Positions 22,488 through 30,676 of a stretch of DNA of 60,760 bases are shown here, one piece after another; the first letter of the stretch is position 1, and the number at the start of each line of letters is the position of its first letter. Made by a program: the position numbers and the translations under genes. The notes beneath the pieces are model-generated. The model made no database searches, was not told the origin of the DNA, and saw only the letters and a list, made by a program, of their open reading frames with translations. This DNA is from a virus (taxonomy: Duplodnaviria; Caudoviricetes): positions 1 to 60,760 of IMG/VR virus record IMGVR_UViG_3300030060_000709, one strand, 5' to 3'.

Positions 22488-22564
22488 TATTTATTCCAAG
22501 GCAGGGTAGCAGGGGTGCATAAGCACCCTTTTCGGTATTCCTAGCTACTTGGTTTGTTTGGCTG

Positions 22565-23230
22565 TTAGTCATCCCACTCATCAACAATATCAGATATGTC
22601 TGTATCGTCATCAGTAGGCTTACTAGCCTTTTTCTTCACTGCCTTCTTTGGTTCTGGTGTTGGTTCTTCCTCTTCAACCGAATCAAAGATATCTGCTGTT
22701 ACCGCTTCACCTCCATCAAGACTATAACCATCAGTAGCCTCAAATGGTGAACGTGCTTCTGGTGTTTTAAGCTCCACCACTTGTATAGCAACTGGTCTCA
22801 ATCTTACACCGCCAGTCATCCCGTGTGGGTGAAACGTCACTGCTATGTTAGCAACACTGCCAGACCCTAACTGAAATCCTTCTGGAAATTCCTTGTTCTT
22901 GGAATCAAAAATTTTAGGTGGTGTAACAGGGTTACCGTCATAAGCAGCGGTTTGTCTACACTTACCAACAAATTTATCATCCTCTGACTTCTCAGGTTGA
23001 GGTACTTTTGCGGGCCACCCCTTCTGCTTTTTCTCTTGATAGGCTTTTGACATTTCAGTCCATAGATCTTTTGCTTGATCCTTGTCCATCAAAAACTGTA
23101 CTTCATATACTGCACCGTCATCAGTAGGGTCACAAGGTACACTTCTACCTCGTTCACCTGCACTGCTATCAAATCTATAGGGACGGTCAACTTTGGGGTA
23201 CAACACTTCTACTTGCTTCAATATATACAT
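22565..23230 (-). CDS. Single-stranded DNA-binding protein (T7 gp2.5 / DUF2815-like)
   Basis: LGSGSVANIAV...GVRLRPVAIQVVELK motif; acidic tail ending DEWDD. Confidence 0.7.
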   Translation of the reverse strand: MYILKQVEVLYPKVDRPYRFDSSAGERGRSVPCDPTDDGAVYEVQFLMDKDQAKDLWTEMSKAYQEKKQKGWPAKVPQPEKSEDDKFVGKCRQTAAYDGNPVTPPKIFDSKNKEFPEGFQLGSGSVANIAVTFHPHGMTGGVRLRPVAIQVVELKTPEARSPFEATDGYSLDGGEAVTADIFDSVEEEEPTPEPKKAVKKKASKPTDDDTDISDIVDEWDD

Positions 23231-23243
23231 GAGTTTTTCCTTC

Positions 23244-23894
23244 TTACGTTGCGTTTAGTTCAAAGCCTTCAGTAACATCAAAGGGAGAGTTTGGTATGAC
23301 AATAAAACTGGTTGCCATATGTGCGTCTACATGGTTCTGCATTTCATCCACCGTAGACAACTCCTCACCCGTCAATGATCGCATTGGCTTGAAGAAAAGT
23401 TTTGGTACATTACTGCTTGAGTCAAAGTACATTCTTGTTAGAACGGACGATATCTCGCTACCTCTGCTAGACAAGAACTTCATGTACTCTTGCATTGGTA
23501 GATGGCCCCCTTTTGCTTTTCCGTATATGGACGTAGCAGGGAGTTTTAGTCTATACATAGTATCGAACTGTCCTTCAAAAGCAACAGCTATATTCTGTAT
23601 AAACTTGCAAGCTCTACCACGATTCTGTCCTGACCCACGTATGTTGTGCGTACAGTCTAAACAGCGGTTTGCTTGTTTATTTTCTTCAAGGACACCTTCT
23701 GCGGGACGTTGGTTATCGACAGACCAACACGTAGGTGCTTTCTGAATATTCTGCTCATACTCGCCCTCGTAATAGACTCTCGACACATTAGCCATATCCA
23801 CCACAACAATGTCCTTGAAGTTTGCATCCATCGTAGTCCGTTGTCCGTGTCCCACGATAGAGAATTTTTTATTGCGTATACTGATTCGACGCAC
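23244..23894 (-). CDS. Cys-rich replication protein (possible Zn-binding ssDNA-binding/annealing protein)
   Basis: RRISIR start, PTCWS, CxxC, GSG..GRAC; between SSB and HTH genes. Confidence 0.55.
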   Translation of the reverse strand: MRRISIRNKKFSIVGHGQRTTMDANFKDIVVVDMANVSRVYYEGEYEQNIQKAPTCWSVDNQRPAEGVLEENKQANRCLDCTHNIRGSGQNRGRACKFIQNIAVAFEGQFDTMYRLKLPATSIYGKAKGGHLPMQEYMKFLSSRGSEISSVLTRMYFDSSSNVPKLFFKPMRSLTGEELSTVDEMQNHVDAHMATSFIVIPNSPFDVTEGFELNAT

Positions 23895-23896
23895 AC

Positions 23897-24124
23897 TTAG
23901 AAATCCAAGTCTACCATTTCATCACTAAACTCAATCGGTGCTTCTTTCTTTTCCGACTTCTTAAAAGATGCTTCGACCTCAGATATTTTAAATCTGTATG
24001 TCTTAGCAATCTTTAAATAACATTCACTGGGTAGAGTTTTATTGCTCATCCAAGAACGTATCGTAGGAATAGATACTGCTAAATGGTCTGCCAGTTCCGA
24101 TATAGAAACATATTTTTCTGTCAT
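23897..24124 (-). CDS. Excisionase/AlpA-like helix-turn-helix DNA-binding protein
   Basis: YVSISELADHLAVSIPTIRSWM...YRF winged-HTH pattern. Confidence 0.75.
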   Translation of the reverse strand: MTEKYVSISELADHLAVSIPTIRSWMSNKTLPSECYLKIAKTYRFKISEVEASFKKSEKKEAPIEFSDEMVDLDF

Positions 24125-24516
24125 TTCTTCCTCACTGCGATAGCATATTCGCTGTCTACGTTAAGACCCTTCGGCACAAGGTCGGGATTCTCTTCCAAAA
24201 ACTGTCTAACATTGCTTTGGTTGAGACGTTTATCAAAAAACTCTGGCACTTGATTCTCCATAATAAATTCATACATGGACGACCAATCAGATGTCCAATA
24301 CCTTGTCTTGGTTGATCTGTAGAATAAACCTGCTGAAGTACGTACACTTTCAACATTTTGTTCTGCACAGTAATCAAGCAACGCTTGTTTGACCTTATCA
24401 AGTTGATTCGTAAGAGCAGAGTCCTCTTCCTTATATTTGGCAGATAGTTCAGACCTACGATCTTTTATCTTCAAGTAAGTCTCAACTAATTTTTCTGGTG
24501 TCAATGCCACAGACAT
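24121..24516 (-). CDS. Phage replication-module hypothetical protein
   Basis: 131 aa, N-terminal coiled coil, SVRTSAG..Y, DW, VPKGL. Confidence 0.7.
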   Translation of the reverse strand: MSVALTPEKLVETYLKIKDRRSELSAKYKEEDSALTNQLDKVKQALLDYCAEQNVESVRTSAGLFYRSTKTRYWTSDWSSMYEFIMENQVPEFFDKRLNQSNVRQFLEENPDLVPKGLNVDSEYAIAVRKK

Positions 24517-24540
24517 TCTCCGTTTGGTGATAAAGGGTAT

Positions 24541-24569
24541 AGAATAATGATATTTGATTACTTAATCAA
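24541..24569 (-). promoter_or_regulatory. Possible sigma70-type promoter for the SSB/primase genes
   Basis: Minus strand TTGATT-17 nt-TATTCT, 25 bp upstream of the 24516 start. Confidence 0.4.
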
Positions 24570-26091
24570 GTATTTCTTGATATAAACTGATAATTTGTGT
24601 GTGAACGTCTATCCTACTGTCCAGTAATTTATACACACGTTTCTCTATGCCTGACCCTTGGAGTTGCACGACTGTGCATTTGTGATCTTGACCTGACCTG
24701 TGTACACGGGCATTGGCTTGGGCATACGTTTCTAAACTACTGGTCGGCCCCCACCATACAACTGTGTTAGCTGCTGTAAGCGTTACACCATGTGCTGCTG
24801 CTTGTGGCTGTATCACGAGCACACGTATATCGTCTTGTGTTTGAAAGCGTTTAAATATATCGGTTCGTTTTGGAGCAGACACATCTCCACGTATATACTC
24901 TGTGCGTATGCCATCTTTGTTTAGTTTGTCAGTAATTAAATCTATAGCATGTTTGAACGGTACAAACACAAGCACTTTCTTACTTGATTCGTCTATGACC
25001 TCACGCAATACTTTATAGCGGTGCGATATATCAAACTCTAAAGCATCTCCTTCGTCTGTATACACAGCACCACTCGATATCTGTAAGAGTTTGTTCATGT
25101 TGACTGCTGCATTGACCGCTGTTATCTGCTCACCTGCGGCTTGCATGACCATCTTACCTTTCAATTCTTTATAATATTTCTTCTGTTGTCGTGTCAGTTC
25201 TACTTCTCGTTTTGTGTATACCATAGGAGGTAGATCAAGACACTCCTCTTTAGTGAAACGTATCGCAGGTTGTAACGCATTATAAACAATAGTCGATGAA
25301 TCTGGTTTTGGCATCCACTTAAACTGGCTTACCCTTATCATTACCTGATCTCTAAACGAACCGTAAAATCTAGGAACACTGTTGGGGTTTATTATTTTAG
25401 CTAAACCGTATGCATCCAAAGGACTCTGTGCAGCAGGTGTGCCTGTCATCATCCACACCCACGTATCAGGTTTGACCATCCTGTTAAGAACTTTCCAACG
25501 ATCTGTACGAGCATTTTTGTAATGCGTTGCTTCGTCTACAATTATTAAATCTCTATCCTGTAAATCTTTTTCAAGTATCGCTAACCCATCGTAGTTAGTG
25601 ATTATGTACTCCGCATCGTTGGCTACTATTTCTTTACGCTTCTTAGCAGAACCATACGCTATGTCTACAGTTCTATGCATAGCAAATTTAAATAAGTCAT
25701 CCCGCCAAGCAGAATCCATAATAGACAGTGGGCATACAATAAGCACACGGTTAATTATGCCTTGGGATAATAAATAATCAGATGCCCAGATAGCAGAGGC
25801 AGTCTTACCTGTCCCCTGTTCATTGAAACAAAAGGCTTTTTTACGAAGTGTTAAAAATGCAGCGGTGGTTTTCTGGTGTTCAAACGGTGCGTATTGCCCT
25901 GTCCATTTGTATTTCTTTTCTATCGGAGAGGGTGCTTTGATGTTCATGTCCCTCAAAATCCTACACTCATCAAGCCCCCATCTGACCACTACTTTGTTGT
26001 CTGGTAATACTTTGCTATGACTTATGGCATCACTTACTTTATGTGGGTCTCTGACTCTAAGAACGAGTGCTCTATCATCTATTATTTGCAT
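24562..26091 (-). CDS. SNF2-family (SF2) helicase
   Basis: EQGTGKT, IIVDEATH, MTGTP, HGVTLTAA, QANARVHRSGQ. Confidence 0.93.
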   Translation of the reverse strand: MQIIDDRALVLRVRDPHKVSDAISHSKVLPDNKVVVRWGLDECRILRDMNIKAPSPIEKKYKWTGQYAPFEHQKTTAAFLTLRKKAFCFNEQGTGKTASAIWASDYLLSQGIINRVLIVCPLSIMDSAWRDDLFKFAMHRTVDIAYGSAKKRKEIVANDAEYIITNYDGLAILEKDLQDRDLIIVDEATHYKNARTDRWKVLNRMVKPDTWVWMMTGTPAAQSPLDAYGLAKIINPNSVPRFYGSFRDQVMIRVSQFKWMPKPDSSTIVYNALQPAIRFTKEECLDLPPMVYTKREVELTRQQKKYYKELKGKMVMQAAGEQITAVNAAVNMNKLLQISSGAVYTDEGDALEFDISHRYKVLREVIDESSKKVLVFVPFKHAIDLITDKLNKDGIRTEYIRGDVSAPKRTDIFKRFQTQDDIRVLVIQPQAAAHGVTLTAANTVVWWGPTSSLETYAQANARVHRSGQDHKCTVVQLQGSGIEKRVYKLLDSRIDVHTQIISLYQEILD

Positions 26092-26320
26092 ATTGTGTTT
26101 ACATCACCAAATGGTTTACGTGGCAGCTCCGGGGAGTAACTGAAGATAGCATAGAAGATAACCTGTATGATCCTGCTTCGCCCCTCGATAGGATCAGGTC
26201 GAGAATATTGGGAAAAGGAACAAAACCCTCGGACTTCCTAGATTTTGTATAGCCAGATGAAATCAAACACCCCATGGAGAACGAGGAGCTATACCTTTTA
26301 CAGACGGATCTAAGCACCGT

Positions 26321-26680
26321 CTACGCCCACACTTTGCGTTTCTTGCCACCCCAATACTCCACGGCATGGCCTTGTTTAACCAGTATCTCGCAAATATTTT
26401 TGCCATCTGATGTGTAAGGAATACCAAGCACTCTCCCATACTTACCCTTACCTAACGACTCCAATAATATTTCCTCTCCACATAGCAGCTTGAGTTTCAT
26501 AGCAGCAGCTTTACCTAAAACTTTTTCTGCCTTGTTACGTGTGCGTGACTCAGGTGTGTCAATTCCTGCAAGCCTTACTCGTGTTTTGTGCCATATGTCA
26601 AAGCCCAAATCCAAGTTCACATCGATAGTGTCACCGTCCACCACCCTGAGTACCTTTGCGTTATAGCAGAAAGGCTTCAT
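26321..26680 (-). CDS. Thermonuclease (SNase-like)
   Basis: RVVDGDT, VRLAGIDTPE, GKYGRVLG. Confidence 0.92.
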   Translation of the reverse strand: MKPFCYNAKVLRVVDGDTIDVNLDLGFDIWHKTRVRLAGIDTPESRTRNKAEKVLGKAAAMKLKLLCGEEILLESLGKGKYGRVLGIPYTSDGKNICEILVKQGHAVEYWGGKKRKVWA

Positions 26681-26949
26681 TTCTTTTTCTTCTTTAAGTT
26701 GCGGCTACGGTTTGCTGATTTACTTTCTATACGCACACCATCTTTGTTTTTACCACCTCTACTCAATGCTTTCTTGTGGCTAACGTCCTTACCTTCACGT
26801 TTGTCAGCCCGACCATCTTTATTAGCATCTTTTCCTGTTCTATCCATCTTACGCCTCGCACGTTGGCGTTCCATCCTTGCCTTATGTTCTTTACTACCCA
26901 CAGGTGGGTTCTTTTGTTTCTTACGATCTGCTTTGTTTTTGTACGGCAT
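26677..26949 (-). CDS. Small basic HNH-like protein
   Basis: DVSHKKALSRGG.N....IESKSANRSRN degenerate HNH pattern. Confidence 0.6.
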   Translation of the reverse strand: MPYKNKADRKKQKNPPVGSKEHKARMERQRARRKMDRTGKDANKDGRADKREGKDVSHKKALSRGGKNKDGVRIESKSANRSRNLKKKKK

Positions 26950-27620
26950 TAGTTCCTCCCGTTATACACACACTCTGTGACTACACAATGTTGTCTACAA
27001 AGACCACTAGGATTAGCGTTCCAAACGCCAGTTTCATATGCTTTCTCCATCCTGTCAAACCCCTTGTACCATTTGACCCATAAGCTCGATGCTGTCGAAT
27101 AGTCATAATTTTCTTTCACCAGTTCTTTGCATACAACAAACAGTAGCCCTGCACGTACCCTTTCCACCATTGGAAAGTGTTTGAACACAGAAAGCGACAT
27201 TAGTTCTAACTGTCCTTTGTCTGCATACCGACTATTTTTACTGGTTTTATAATCAACAACCCACGCTAAGTTGTCCTCTTCATCTAAGATAATCAGATCA
27301 CATATACCCCTGTACCAAGCGTTACGGTCACTAAAACGGCAAGGTTCTAAATCCTCTGTAAGACCCATCCTGTGTTCACATATCTTAGTCCCTTTCTTTG
27401 CCATCAAAGAATCTAACACGGGTTTACCGTACATAAATTTAGGTGGTAAAGGTTCTCCATCTCTGACATAACGCTCTGCCGCCCTGTGAAACTCGTTGCC
27501 ATAAAACATCGCACTGGACGGTTTCTCTACATAATCCTTTGCAACTTTCAAATGGTAGAACTGCTTGGGGCATTGCTCAAACGCTTTCAGTCTGGAGTAT
27601 GACCACGGTGCGGCACTCAC
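26949..27620 (-). CDS. PD-(D/E)XK exonuclease (Cas4/RecB-like)
   Basis: WSYSRL..FEQCP, GICD, VVDYKT, QL, C-terminal GLCRQHC...C. Confidence 0.88.
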   Translation of the reverse strand: MSAAPWSYSRLKAFEQCPKQFYHLKVAKDYVEKPSSAMFYGNEFHRAAERYVRDGEPLPPKFMYGKPVLDSLMAKKGTKICEHRMGLTEDLEPCRFSDRNAWYRGICDLIILDEEDNLAWVVDYKTSKNSRYADKGQLELMSLSVFKHFPMVERVRAGLLFVVCKELVKENYDYSTASSLWVKWYKGFDRMEKAYETGVWNANPSGLCRQHCVVTECVYNGRN

Positions 27621-29440
27621 TCTTCACAATCTCCGTATGATTTACCTGTGAACGCTTCACAGTCTAGCGGCAGTCCCTCTGCCCACTCTGGTGTCTCACG
27701 CATACATTCCTCTATAAAGTGCTTGGCTTCTGTCACCTCATCATCCAACACACAACATACCAACGAGTCATGCACAGTCAACACAACCCTATGTTTCTTG
27801 TTAATTTTTAGCATCTGTTCTGCTATAATACACCGCGCAAACGCTTGGCACACGTTCTCTATCACCTTGCCACCGTATATCTTGGTTCGGCCTCTACGAG
27901 ATTTATAATCGAACTGCAACCCTCTTTCTTCTTGTTTAGATTTAATATCTTCGTACTGCATCATAATCCCTGACGGTAATAGTATGCCGTTGTCTTTGTA
28001 CTTTATAATGCCGTTTGTGCCGTATCTTCCCTTGTCTTTGTTGACTAGATCTACCAACATGTTCTGTGCTTTCTGCCATAGGTCAACAATCTTATCGTTA
28101 GTCTCACGATAAACTTTTACAATCCTACGACTTTCCTCAATGCTTATGTCTACACCAAAAGTTGCCAACTGATCTTGGAATCTATATGACCCCATGCCGT
28201 AGCCACAACCCAATATGGTAGTCTTACCAACAAACCGTTGTTCTTTTGTGACCTCACTTTCGGGCACACCATAAATGCTCGATGCCATCTTTACATACAC
28301 ATCTTCTTTATTGGTAAAAGCCTTCACCAAGTCTTTTTGCTCTGCCACCCACGCCAACACACGGGCTTCGATCTGAGATGAATCACAGTCTATGAGTGTG
28401 TAGCCATCAGGTGGGACTATGCACTTCTTTAAAACTTTACCGTTCTCGCCACGACTTGGTAAGTTCTGTATGTTGATCTTGTCATCACCACCCCATCTTC
28501 CTGTATGTGCAGCATAGTATCTTATCGGTACAGGTAGTAATCCACGCTTGGCTATGTCGATAAACCTTTCAGTGCGTGTCTCTTCAAGTGTGCTTTTAAC
28601 ACCAAGGCGTGTAGTCACAAGTGTTTGCACCATGAAGTTGTCGTGATCTAACAGGTTGGTAAACTTCTCATCCGTCTTAGCAAAAGCAAATGTCATCTTA
28701 CCGTTTGCAGGACTCTTCTTCATTGGTGGTTTTACACCATGTTCTTCTAGTATCTTTGCAAACTTGGGGTTACTCATTAACTCTTCTCTGCTGAGTCCAG
28801 AGAACTTTAGCATCTGTTCTTTCTTGTGGCGTGTAGCGTCTAGGTGCTTCTCTAGTTTCGCCAAGTCAAGATCTATCATAGGTTGTGTAAACATCCTAAG
28901 AGTCTTGTCAATGATGTGCATCTCTTTCTTTGGAAACTTCGGTGCCATGCGCTTGAACAAACCATAGGTCAATTCGACATCGTTTATACAATAGTCACCA
29001 AACTTGTCCAGTTCAGCGTCAGTAAAGTCATTGCGACCTTTACCTACGGTGTTCTGTATCTCACCACCTTTCGCGCCAAGTCCATAAAGTTTAGCCAGTG
29101 AAGCCAAACTAACGCTAGTTTCGACACCATGTATAGCACGACCCATACACATAGTGTCAGCATATACGCGAGGGTTAATACCAAAAATCCAACTAAGTAT
29201 AGACCCATCAAACATGGTATTGTGAGCCAGTAAAAAACTTTTGTCCCAATCAAAATCTTCAAGATAGTCTTTAATTTCTCCATGCGTACCGCTCGCCCAT
29301 TCTGTTTCTTCGTTGTTTAGTTTTACTCCTACACCAATCACTTCAAAACGAGGATCACGTATGTATGCCTCTGTGGTCATCTTACGCAAAGAAAACGTCT
29401 TGTCATAGTACGTTTCAAAATCTAGAGTTATCAAATTCAT
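27617..29440 (-). CDS. polA: DNA polymerase family A with 3'-5' exonuclease domain
   Basis: LDFETYY (ExoI), AHNTMFD, HTGRWGG, NIQNLP, DSSQIEARVLA (motif A), KTTILGCGYG (motif B), TVHDS (motif C). Confidence 0.95.
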   Translation of the reverse strand: MNLITLDFETYYDKTFSLRKMTTEAYIRDPRFEVIGVGVKLNNEETEWASGTHGEIKDYLEDFDWDKSFLLAHNTMFDGSILSWIFGINPRVYADTMCMGRAIHGVETSVSLASLAKLYGLGAKGGEIQNTVGKGRNDFTDAELDKFGDYCINDVELTYGLFKRMAPKFPKKEMHIIDKTLRMFTQPMIDLDLAKLEKHLDATRHKKEQMLKFSGLSREELMSNPKFAKILEEHGVKPPMKKSPANGKMTFAFAKTDEKFTNLLDHDNFMVQTLVTTRLGVKSTLEETRTERFIDIAKRGLLPVPIRYYAAHTGRWGGDDKINIQNLPSRGENGKVLKKCIVPPDGYTLIDCDSSQIEARVLAWVAEQKDLVKAFTNKEDVYVKMASSIYGVPESEVTKEQRFVGKTTILGCGYGMGSYRFQDQLATFGVDISIEESRRIVKVYRETNDKIVDLWQKAQNMLVDLVNKDKGRYGTNGIIKYKDNGILLPSGIMMQYEDIKSKQEERGLQFDYKSRRGRTKIYGGKVIENVCQAFARCIIAEQMLKINKKHRVVLTVHDSLVCCVLDDEVTEAKHFIEECMRETPEWAEGLPLDCEAFTGKSYGDCEE

Positions 29441-29658
29441 CGCTCCAACCTTTCTATCTCTGCATCAATATAAAATTTAATTTTCTTGGCATCACGTAAC
29501 TTGTCACTGTGGGATGCCTCACCGTATCGGTAGCACGATCTAAATATCTCCCCGATCTGTGCGTTCATGTCCTTGTGGCTAATCAGGTGTTGAAGTTCAG
29601 TTGCGTGTTCGGGTAGTTGGTAGTAAGACGCTGTGCTGCCGTCACTTTTGTTTGTCAT
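29437..29658 (-). CDS. DUF3310-like small protein
   Basis: 73 aa, ASYY...GEIFRSCYRYG...DAKKIKFY pattern. Confidence 0.6.
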   Translation of the reverse strand: MTNKSDGSTASYYQLPEHATELQHLISHKDMNAQIGEIFRSCYRYGEASHSDKLRDAKKIKFYIDAEIERLER

Positions 29659-30043
29659 TTTTTCTCCTATTCACCATCTCTTTGTGTGTAAACACTGCAC
29701 CAAGGCTCGATGCTGCCGAGTCTGAGACCAGTTCCCGCGTCTGTTTGTTGTATGCTATGTAGTCCTGTATCAACCTCACAACATCATCGACGTTCTCTTC
29801 GTTTATCACCAGTGCTACACCTCCTGCATCTCTTATGTCTTTCAAGTTCTTCTCTTGCAGTGGCGTGGGTTTGTTCTTACCTGCCTTGCACTCAAGCCCA
29901 AAGAACATGCCTTGGTAGCACCCAACGATATCGGGCACACCCGACTTACCATACCCACCTGTCACTGGATAGAAATGGTACGTGTCCATCTCTTTAAGAT
30001 ACTTCATCACCTTCTGTTTCACTTTGCTCTCTGGCGTAGCCAT
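29642..30043 (-). CDS. VRR-NUC domain nuclease (putative Holliday junction resolvase)
   Basis: PESKVK, GVPDIVGC, LECKAGKNKPTPLQ. Confidence 0.9.
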   Translation of the reverse strand: MATPESKVKQKVMKYLKEMDTYHFYPVTGGYGKSGVPDIVGCYQGMFFGLECKAGKNKPTPLQEKNLKDIRDAGGVALVINEENVDDVVRLIQDYIAYNKQTRELVSDSAASSLGAVFTHKEMVNRRKNDKQK

Positions 30044-30084
30044 CTGCTATATCCTCTAGTGCGTCAACAATATACTCCAACAAC

Positions 30085-30267
30085 TCAACTACCTCTTGGT
30101 TGTCTATGCTCACTTCTATCTTTATCTTCACTCACTATGCCCCTGCGTAACCACGCATCGCTTTTTATTATAGCTTCTAATTGCTTCTTTCTTTCTACTA
30201 CCAATGTGGGTTTACTATTTGCCCTGTCAACATAAGATGTGTGGTAACTTTGTATCTTTGCTTTCAC
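30085..30267 (-). CDS. Small hypothetical protein
   Basis: 60 aa, GTG start preceded by AGGAG. Confidence 0.45.
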   Translation of the reverse strand: MKAKIQSYHTSYVDRANSKPTLVVERKKQLEAIIKSDAWLRRGIVSEDKDRSEHRQPRGS

Positions 30268-30289
30268 ACCTACTCCTGTATTCTTCTAC

Positions 30290-30314
30290 TGTATGACCAA
30301 ACTCTGGTCATACA
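30290..30314. promoter_or_regulatory. 25-bp palindromic element, copy 1 of 6
   Basis: TGTATGACCAAACTCTGGTCATACA. Confidence 0.8.
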
Positions 30315-30323
30315 CTTGGGCAT

Positions 30324-30346
30324 AAAAAAAGGGAGCCGAAGCTCCC
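30324..30346 (-). terminator. Rho-independent terminator closing the early operon that contains the tas-array locus
   Basis: Minus strand GGGAGC-TTCG-GCTCCC followed by T7. Confidence 0.85.
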
Positions 30347-30379
30347 TCAAAAGTGCTGATTGTTATTGGAGAAACATTA

Positions 30380-30640
30380 TCAGCTAGGTCGTAAACCGTA
30401 AACCAAGTATTCGTTTTCACGCAGTCTTTTACCTATACCATCCACCGCACGTACCCAATCGGCTTCTTTCTTGCTCGTAATATATAGAACTGCCAAACGT
30501 CCTTGCATCCACTCTGGGAGTTTATCTATCGAATCATACGCTCCCAAAAGTTCGTTGTCAATACATTCCATACCAATACATGATATATCGACACGTTTAG
30601 TATTATTGTCTATTACTACGTAATAAGCACTGTTGTCCAT
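30380..30640 (-). CDS. Hypothetical protein (86 aa), similar to the C-terminal domain of 32412-33614
   Basis: Start moved to MDNSAYY (AGGAG upstream); LPEWMQGRLAVL...VDGIGKR...YLVY. Confidence 0.7.
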   Translation of the reverse strand: MDNSAYYVVIDNNTKRVDISCIGMECIDNELLGAYDSIDKLPEWMQGRLAVLYITSKKEADWVRAVDGIGKRLRENEYLVYGLRPS

Positions 30641-30676
30641 GCTATTCTCCTGTTTGTTATAACATGTTATAACTTT

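Noticed and set aside
26160-26200. HDV-like/theta ribozyme
   Set aside because: No room for P3/P1.1 between the paired segments; only a simple pseudoknot is supported.
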